Virus record (IMG/VR): IMGVR_UViG_3300037067_025869
Location: 1 to 64,000 of that record
DNA: 64,000 nucleotides
Strand: one strand, 5' to 3'
Source of the DNA: a virus
Taxonomy: Duplodnaviria; Caudoviricetes
Shown here: positions 58,329 through 64,000 of the stretch, one piece after another
Layout: each line of letters begins with the position of its first letter
How positions within the stretch are numbered: the stretch's first letter is position 1
Position numbers and translations under genes: made by a program
Notes under the pieces: model-generated
Seen by the model: the letters and a program-made list of their open reading frames with translations, nothing else
Told to the model about the DNA's origin: nothing
Database searches by the model: none

Positions 58329-59897
58329 TTATGCTTCAATATATTCCCATTTTATATTTCCCGAATTCCATATTTTATGAAAATCCCTTTCCCCCATTAA
58401 TTCATCCCCTGTTTTTTCTGAATTCTTGCAAATTTTCCATTTTTGAAAATTTCTTCTATTGTATTTATGATGATTATCACTCCACCAAAAACCAGGACCA
58501 GTTTCCCCTAAATTTTTAAATCCTAATTTTCCATAAATATCACCAGAAAATATATCTAAATCCGAATATGATATTATTTTATTTGGTTGAAAATTTTTTA
58601 TAAAATATTTAAATAATTTTTGTGCTCCCCCAATAATGGATATATTTTTTTTATTACAAAATCTTAATAATTCCCACCCCTCAGAATTTCCCCTGTTTTT
58701 TGAAAAATTCATCACAGAAATTAAATTATCATTAAAAAATAGTCCCAGATTTACAGATCCATATATTTTTCCTTGCAGATGATTGTCATCCAAAAACTGC
58801 ACTATATCAGAGGATTTTAATTCTTTTATTATTGTTTGTCGTGCATATATTCTTTCAGTTTTGCCAAATTTATTTTTTATGAGGGATTTTATAATTTCTC
58901 TCTTAAAATTCCAATTATCTTCCCATATATAAAAAAGATCTATACCTTGTTTTTCAAAAAAAGCTTTTTTATCTCGATGATATTTTCTATTTTTAAATAC
59001 ATCACTATGCCAATATAAACCATTAAATTCAAACCCCATTTTATATTCGGGAATAAAAACATCGATTTCAGCATTATTAACTCTATAATTTCTAATAATT
59101 TCTATATCCGGAATGGTGTCTTTTATAAAATTATATAATTCTATCTCTCCAGAAGAAGTTCTATGTAAGTTTGCATGATAATCACAATATAAATTATAAA
59201 TTTTTTTTGACTTACAAAATTTTACTTCATTGGAACATTCTAAACATTTTGGCCTACTTGAAATATTATTTTTAAAAGCAAATACTTTTTCCTGAAAATC
59301 TCCAAACGGTATATTTAGTATAGATTTGTATAAGGAAGGAAAATAAGTAGATATATATTTTTCTTCTAATTGCTTTGGATATAAGATTTTTTTAATATTT
59401 TCTTTGTCTAACGACGTATTTTCCAGAATGCTTCCGCGACAGATGGGGCAAAATTCCCCATTTAAGCTATAAATTTTTTTAAATAAGATCTTTCTGATAG
59501 TAAAACTTCCATGGGAACAATAATTAGAAATTTCATAAAAATATCTATCCTTTATTTTTATATTTCCTTTAAAATTAATATATTTTTCATTAATTTTATT
59601 TTCCTTGCCTATTTTCATATTTTTCCGCTTTTCTTCGGATATATTATATCTATAATAATAAGAAAGCGGGTTCATAATATATTTTTCTTTGTAATATTTG
59701 TATTTAACAATTAACTCCTCCTTATCATTAATTTTTTCAACTATCTCTGTAGAAAAATTTTTATATCCAATTTTTTTTATATCTTCTTTTAATAATTTAT
59801 TAGAAGAATATCCGATTTTAATTCTATTATCAGAATTATTTCTGGCATATAAAAATCTTCCCGATATATTATTGGTTACTTTATAAATATAATACAT
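58329..59897 (-). mobile_element. Endonuclease: degenerate GIY-YIG + PD-(D/E)XK + GNAT-like domains
   Basis: MYYIYKVTNNISG; EIDVFIPEYKMGFEFNGLYWHS; NHLQG, WELLRFC, GGAQK, YGKLGF. Confidence 0.8.
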
Positions 59898-59938
59898 GTA
59901 TCAAATCTTTATTATCATATATATCGCAAAAAAGTTTG

Positions 59939-59968
59939 AAAAAAAAGAGGATAATAATTTATCCTCTT
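59939..59968 (-). terminator. Intrinsic terminator
   Basis: AAGAGGATAA/TTATCCTCTT with T8 on the minus strand. Confidence 0.75.
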
Positions 59969-60173
59969 AAAATTTAGACTTTGAAATATTAGGTAAACCC
60001 ATCTTCGGGATTTTAAACCCCCCATAGTCCGTTTTTTGGGAAGGCTTCTGAGCTTGAGCTTTTTTCATCTCTTGCTCTTCTTTCTTATATCTTTTCTCCT
60101 CCTCCTTATCGTGTTCTTCTAATTCCTGAAGAATATATTCGATTTCATAAAAATCCATTTGATATAAATCCAT
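59967..60173 (-). CDS. gp51-like tail/baseplate assembly chaperone, possibly a frameshift partner
   Basis: FHISPMDLYQMDFYEIEYILQEL pattern; frame open upstream to 60275 without a canonical start. Confidence 0.55.
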   Translation of the reverse strand: MDLYQMDFYEIEYILQELEEHDKEEEKRYKKEEQEMKKAQAQKPSQKTDYGGFKIPKMGLPNISKSKF

Positions 60174-60213
60174 CGGGGAAATATGGAATCTATTAGCAAA
60201 TATAAATTCTATT

Positions 60214-61143
60214 TTAATCCAGTTGAGAAAACGGATCTGAAATAAGGAAAATAGATTTAATCCCTCCTTGAAAGTTTAGCGGGATAACCCGCTCACCTCC
60301 GTTTTCATCTTTATATTTAAGTACAGGATTAATAGCTTCAGAGAAGATCTTTTTTACTTCTGTTAGCATTGAAATTTCTCCAGCAGACCAATTGTTGGAA
60401 TCCATGACGAATTTTTCGTAAGAAGCATCATTTAACCCTCTCCAGTCGCCTATTACGAAGGGTGCATAGCTAATAAAATCCTCATCGAACATTTCACCAG
60501 CATTTCTTTTTCTATTGATATATTGTTTTAGCCAGTTTGTAACACCAGCTGTTGGCAGATGAACTCTGATTTTCTTTCCAGACTTAAAAGGAAGAACTAT
60601 ACATCTTTCATCAGGGGAATAGTATTTCATAACTCTATCATCAAAAGTGATATAGTTTACCATATCCTTAACAACATCTATTTTTGCCGTTTCGGATACC
60701 TTTGCTTGAAGCTTGTTATCCCCCTTAAGAAAGGTTCTTTCCCTGATTGCAAGAATAATATAGAAACGATCTACTTCTTTAATATCCCTCCAGGAAGATA
60801 ATTTATTATCTGGATATTTTACATTGCAGCATCTTTCCAAAACATAATTCAACATATCATCAAGAACAAAAACATCATCTTCATTTAATGTTGACCAGTG
60901 TCTTATTTCAGCTGCCGTTGCTGAACGAATTATAATTTCAGTTTGCTCCGGGTAAAACAATCCCTGGGTAGGAAGATCTGTTGTTTTTAATTTTTCCCAT
61001 CCCAATTCATTTTGAGGATCCTTTGACTGTGCAAATGGAAATGGAACAGCTCCAACGGGTATCGGAGTTATTAAAGGGCCGATTTGTCCTTCTTTTGACT
61101 CTGCAAATTCTCTTAATTTTTCTTCATTAGCATTTTCTGACAT
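60214..61143 (-). CDS. gp26: T4 gp26-like baseplate hub assembly protein
   Basis: LPTQGLFYP, IIIRSAT, DRFYIILAIRE. Confidence 0.65.
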   Translation of the reverse strand: MSENANEEKLREFAESKEGQIGPLITPIPVGAVPFPFAQSKDPQNELGWEKLKTTDLPTQGLFYPEQTEIIIRSATAAEIRHWSTLNEDDVFVLDDMLNYVLERCCNVKYPDNKLSSWRDIKEVDRFYIILAIRERTFLKGDNKLQAKVSETAKIDVVKDMVNYITFDDRVMKYYSPDERCIVLPFKSGKKIRVHLPTAGVTNWLKQYINRKRNAGEMFDEDFISYAPFVIGDWRGLNDASYEKFVMDSNNWSAGEISMLTEVKKIFSEAINPVLKYKDENGGERVIPLNFQGGIKSIFLISDPFSQLD

Positions 61144-61220
61144 AGTTTATATAATTTTATACAATTTATCTATATATTATTATATGTCAAAAAGCTCGTT
61201 AGTTTCGAATAAATATTCAT

Positions 61221-62726
61221 TTATCCTCTTTTTTCAAATTTTATATTGCCATTCCCCCATAATTTGATAAACCCTCTTTCTCTCATAATTTGATCTTCCG
61301 ATTTATTTTTGTCAAACCCTTCTTTGACTAATTTATGCTTCATAAAATTACTTCTATGATATTTTTTCCCATCTTTTATCCACCAATAATTTGGATCAGT
61401 ATCTTTAATGTGGGAGAATCCTAATCTATAGTATAAATCCCCTTGAGATATATCTCTATTTGCAAATGAAATAATGTTTTCTGAATTATATTTTTTTACA
61501 AAAACCGAGAATAATTTACTGGCTCCACCAACGATACTTGTATCCAATTTATTACAGAATCTTAATAGCTCATAGCCTCTGGCATTTCCTTTGAAAATCA
61601 TTCTTTTTTTGCCAAAGGTCATTATAGAAACTAGTTCATTATTATTATATAATCCTATATTTATGGAAGAGAGGCAATCCCCCTGTATATGATTTTTTAA
61701 CAAGAAATTTTTTTTGTTTATAGCATTAACATATTTAATTTCGCAATTTCTTGCGAATATTCTAAAGATATTTTGTTTTAATTTATTTCGCAAAATTGAT
61801 TTAATAATTCCGTTTTTATATTTCCAGTCATCCTCCCAAATAGTTATAATATGAATGCCTCTTTCCTTAAAAAAATTCGTTTTTCTAACATGATCTTTTT
61901 TATTTTTAAATTTTTCACTATGCCAATAAAGCCCATTATATTCTATTCCTAACTTTTGATCCGGTAAATAAATATCCAATTCGATATTTTGAAATCCCCT
62001 AAAATTTTGCAGAATTTCCCCTTTATAAATTTCTCTCAAAAAATTAAAAACTTCTTTCTCACCATCACTTGAAAAGTCAAGATATTTATGTTTTTTACAA
62101 TATTTCGTAAATCCAAATGAAGAAGTAGATACTAGCAATTCTTTATTTTCAGTGCATCCATTTTTTTCACAGATAGGTATTTTAGAAATATTATTTTTTA
62201 TAAAATATATTTTATCTGAAAAACGTAGATTCAAATGGGGTAAAGAAAAATTATTAACTATTTTAAAAAATTGAGGCATATATTTTTTAAAATATAATGG
62301 AGTTTGCTGGCTAGAAGAAACAAAAATAATTTTTTTTAAGGCTTTTTTACATGCCTCAATCTCTTTGATTGATGGAATGTACTGATCACTCAGATAAAAA
62401 TCACGGCATTTAGGACATAGGATTTTAAATTCTTCCGGGATTTTAGCACTTCTTAATCTTTTTTGATTTTCTACTATTTGTTTCCCATGTAAATTACAAT
62501 TGAAAAAATGCTTTGCTTGAGCTACAAATAATTCTTGGGAAAATAATCGGGGATCATCCTTGAAAACCGTAAATTTATTATTATTGAAATCTTTTACAAC
62601 CACTTGATATTTAGAAGACTTAATGATATCCTCTGATTTTTTTTCATATTCTTCTTTAGAAAGATGGATGATTTCTTTCTTTTTAAGATCGTAGCATCGA
62701 ATTTTTCCGGGTATATATTTTGGCAT
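61221..62726 (-). mobile_element. Endonuclease: PD-(D/E)XK (Vsr/Hef-like) + GNAT-like domain
   Basis: ELDIYLPDQKLGIEYNGLYWHS, ITIWEDD, NHIQG, YELLRFC, GGASK, YYRLGF. Confidence 0.8.
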
Positions 62727-62782
62727 TTTTTAATTATTTTAATTATACGCCCAAATGGTTTAAAAGTTTTATTTTAGACAAC

Positions 62783-62814
62783 AAAAAAGGCTTAACCGTT
62801 AGAGTTAAACCTTT
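62783..62814 (-). terminator. Intrinsic terminator after tail tube gene
   Basis: AAAGG.TTAAC/GTTAA.CCTTT with T tract. Confidence 0.6.
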
Positions 62815-62841
62815 AGCTTATATAGACTTTATATCTTATTA

Positions 62842-63441
62842 TTATACAATAGTCTCATCCCAGGAATCACATGCTAAAACGTAACCTTCGATTCTGTAAA
62901 TTTCTTCACTCATGTAAGCAATTTCAGGAACATTAAGGGGGGTTATGGGAAATACGTTATATAATTTCCATTGCCAATAAGGATTATTAGCTCTATCATA
63001 AAGAGTTATTAAAACCCATGGAGCGACATAATCGGCTTTAATACCGGTTCTACCAGTTAACGGATCATAAACTAAATCATTCCATTTTCTAAGGGTTTTT
63101 AGAACATAAGCACTTGGTGTACGATTCAAGTTAACTTCAAATGAAAGCGCAACATCCATCGTGGTCTTATCGGGTTTAGCTCCTGCAAATCTTCTTGCAG
63201 CCCATTTATAATTCTGTTGCTGCGGGGTTGTTGGAAATGAGTTTGATTCAAGACCGCCGATACTTATAATATTTTCAAGAAGAAGATTCGTGTTCTCTTC
63301 TGTAGAGCCGACGCCAACAGGAAGAGAGATCTGAACTGTAAATAAATTAAGGTATAAGGGTTCATATAATTCGGCTGCAGCTCTTGAACTTCTCCAATGA
63401 GGTATTCCGAATGTTCCTTGCGATTTTGAAAATTCTGCCAT
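62842..63441 (-). CDS. gp19: Tail tube protein
   Basis: EPLYLNLF, RRFAG, LRKWNDLVYDPLTG, KADY, WKLYNVFP; follows the sheath gene. Confidence 0.85.
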   Translation of the reverse strand: MAEFSKSQGTFGIPHWRSSRAAAELYEPLYLNLFTVQISLPVGVGSTEENTNLLLENIISIGGLESNSFPTTPQQQNYKWAARRFAGAKPDKTTMDVALSFEVNLNRTPSAYVLKTLRKWNDLVYDPLTGRTGIKADYVAPWVLITLYDRANNPYWQWKLYNVFPITPLNVPEIAYMSEEIYRIEGYVLACDSWDETIV

Positions 63442-63460
63442 TTTTATTTATTTATTTTTT

Positions 63461-63559
63461 CTAATTTTCTTTATTTAAATTTTTATAGCAAACTCTACTG
63501 CCAACATATTTTTTATCATTTAATGTATTGGTTATTATGTATGTATAAATATGCTTTAT
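63461..63559 (-). pseudogene. GIY-YIG N-terminal remnant between sheath and tube genes
   Basis: (ATA)KHIYTYIITNTLNDKKYVGSRVCYKN*; start codon apparently lost. Confidence 0.7.
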
Positions 63560-63580
63560 CCCTCTCGTATTTATTATTTA

Positions 63581-64000
63581 TTAAAGTGAACTAAAACTAC
63601 CTGAACTGGATCCTCCTGTTTTGTATACTGTAATTCTCTGAATAATCTTTTCCATGCCTTTAGTAATCCAAACACCAATATCGATAATAGCAAATCCTTC
63701 ATCGATAATATCGGAGGTATTGTTTGTTTCATCCATCACGATTTCGTATTGGGTAAGAGCTCCAGCATCCTGAATACTTTGAAGGATCGGGGTAATTGTA
63801 TTAACAATAGTAAGTCTAGTTACAGCATTATTGAAATCAAATACAAAGTTTTTAAGAACTTCTTCCACCTGTAATTCAATTGTATTCAAAAGTTCCCTAA
63901 CATGTAAGTAGTTATAATCACTTTTTACAGTTTGAAAAGCAGTTCTGTTAGAATAGATAAGTATTTCACCGGTTGATGTTCTTTCGACTATTGAATTGTA
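63581..64000 (-). CDS. gp18: Tail sheath protein, C-terminal part (5' end outside window)
   Basis: Frame open to 64000: RTAFQTVKSDYNYLHVRELL...FVFDFN...MDETNNT..IIDEG. Confidence 0.85.
   Translation of the reverse strand, partial: YNSIVERTSTGEILIYSNRTAFQTVKSDYNYLHVRELLNTIELQVEEVLKNFVFDFNNAVTRLTIVNTITPILQSIQDAGALTQYEIVMDETNNTSDIIDEGFAIIDIGVWITKGMEKIIQRITVYKTGGSSSGSFSSL

Noticed and set aside
111-59886. Many overlapping or antisense ORFs in the track (e.g. 111-491, 812-1153, 10047-10289, 23147-23536, 57001-57822, 51528-51740)
   Set aside because: Shadow frames of well-supported genes with Phe/Ile/Ser-skewed composition and no motifs
1-64000. tRNA, rRNA, CRISPR arrays, inteins, IS elements
   Set aside because: No cloverleaf, regularly spaced repeats, intein ends or transposase motifs seen by eye; tRNAscan-SE, Infernal and CRISPR finders would be needed to exclude them

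Overview
A 64-kb piece of an AT-rich, T4-like (contractile-tailed) large or jumbo phage genome read in standard code 11, with most genes on the minus strand. The host is probably Bacteroidota: TATATTTG (TAnnTTTG-type) promoter cores, A-rich leaders without Shine-Dalgarno motifs, and a gene with a T9SS C-terminal sorting domain. Core genes: an NAD-dependent ligase split in two by a GIY-YIG endonuclease, the N-half of a split family-B polymerase, class II RNR, GMP reductase, dUTPase, ThyX, UvsW, a UvsY-like protein, primase, gp32 SSB, thioredoxin, a RuvC-like resolvase, an amidase endolysin, and tail sheath, tube, gp26-like and tape-measure genes. It holds six full-length free-standing homing-endonuclease genes (one frameshifted) and four decayed remnants; no tRNA, CRISPR array, intron or intein was recognised. 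Best leads: (1) a candidate -1 programmed frameshift (A AAA AAA plus a 9-bp hairpin) extending a multi-TM protein by 99 aa; (2) many unrelated proteins sharing a capsid-targeting-like LNE/xES leader, five of them plus a duplicated variant also carrying an FxRGxDP tag; (3) a ligase-like / HIGH-NTase / pol-beta NTase / Acb1-like module; (4) three nuclease-GNAT(Mom-like) fusions; (5) a GC-rich T9SS cargo gene. All protein assignments come from motif recognition by eye; no searches were run.
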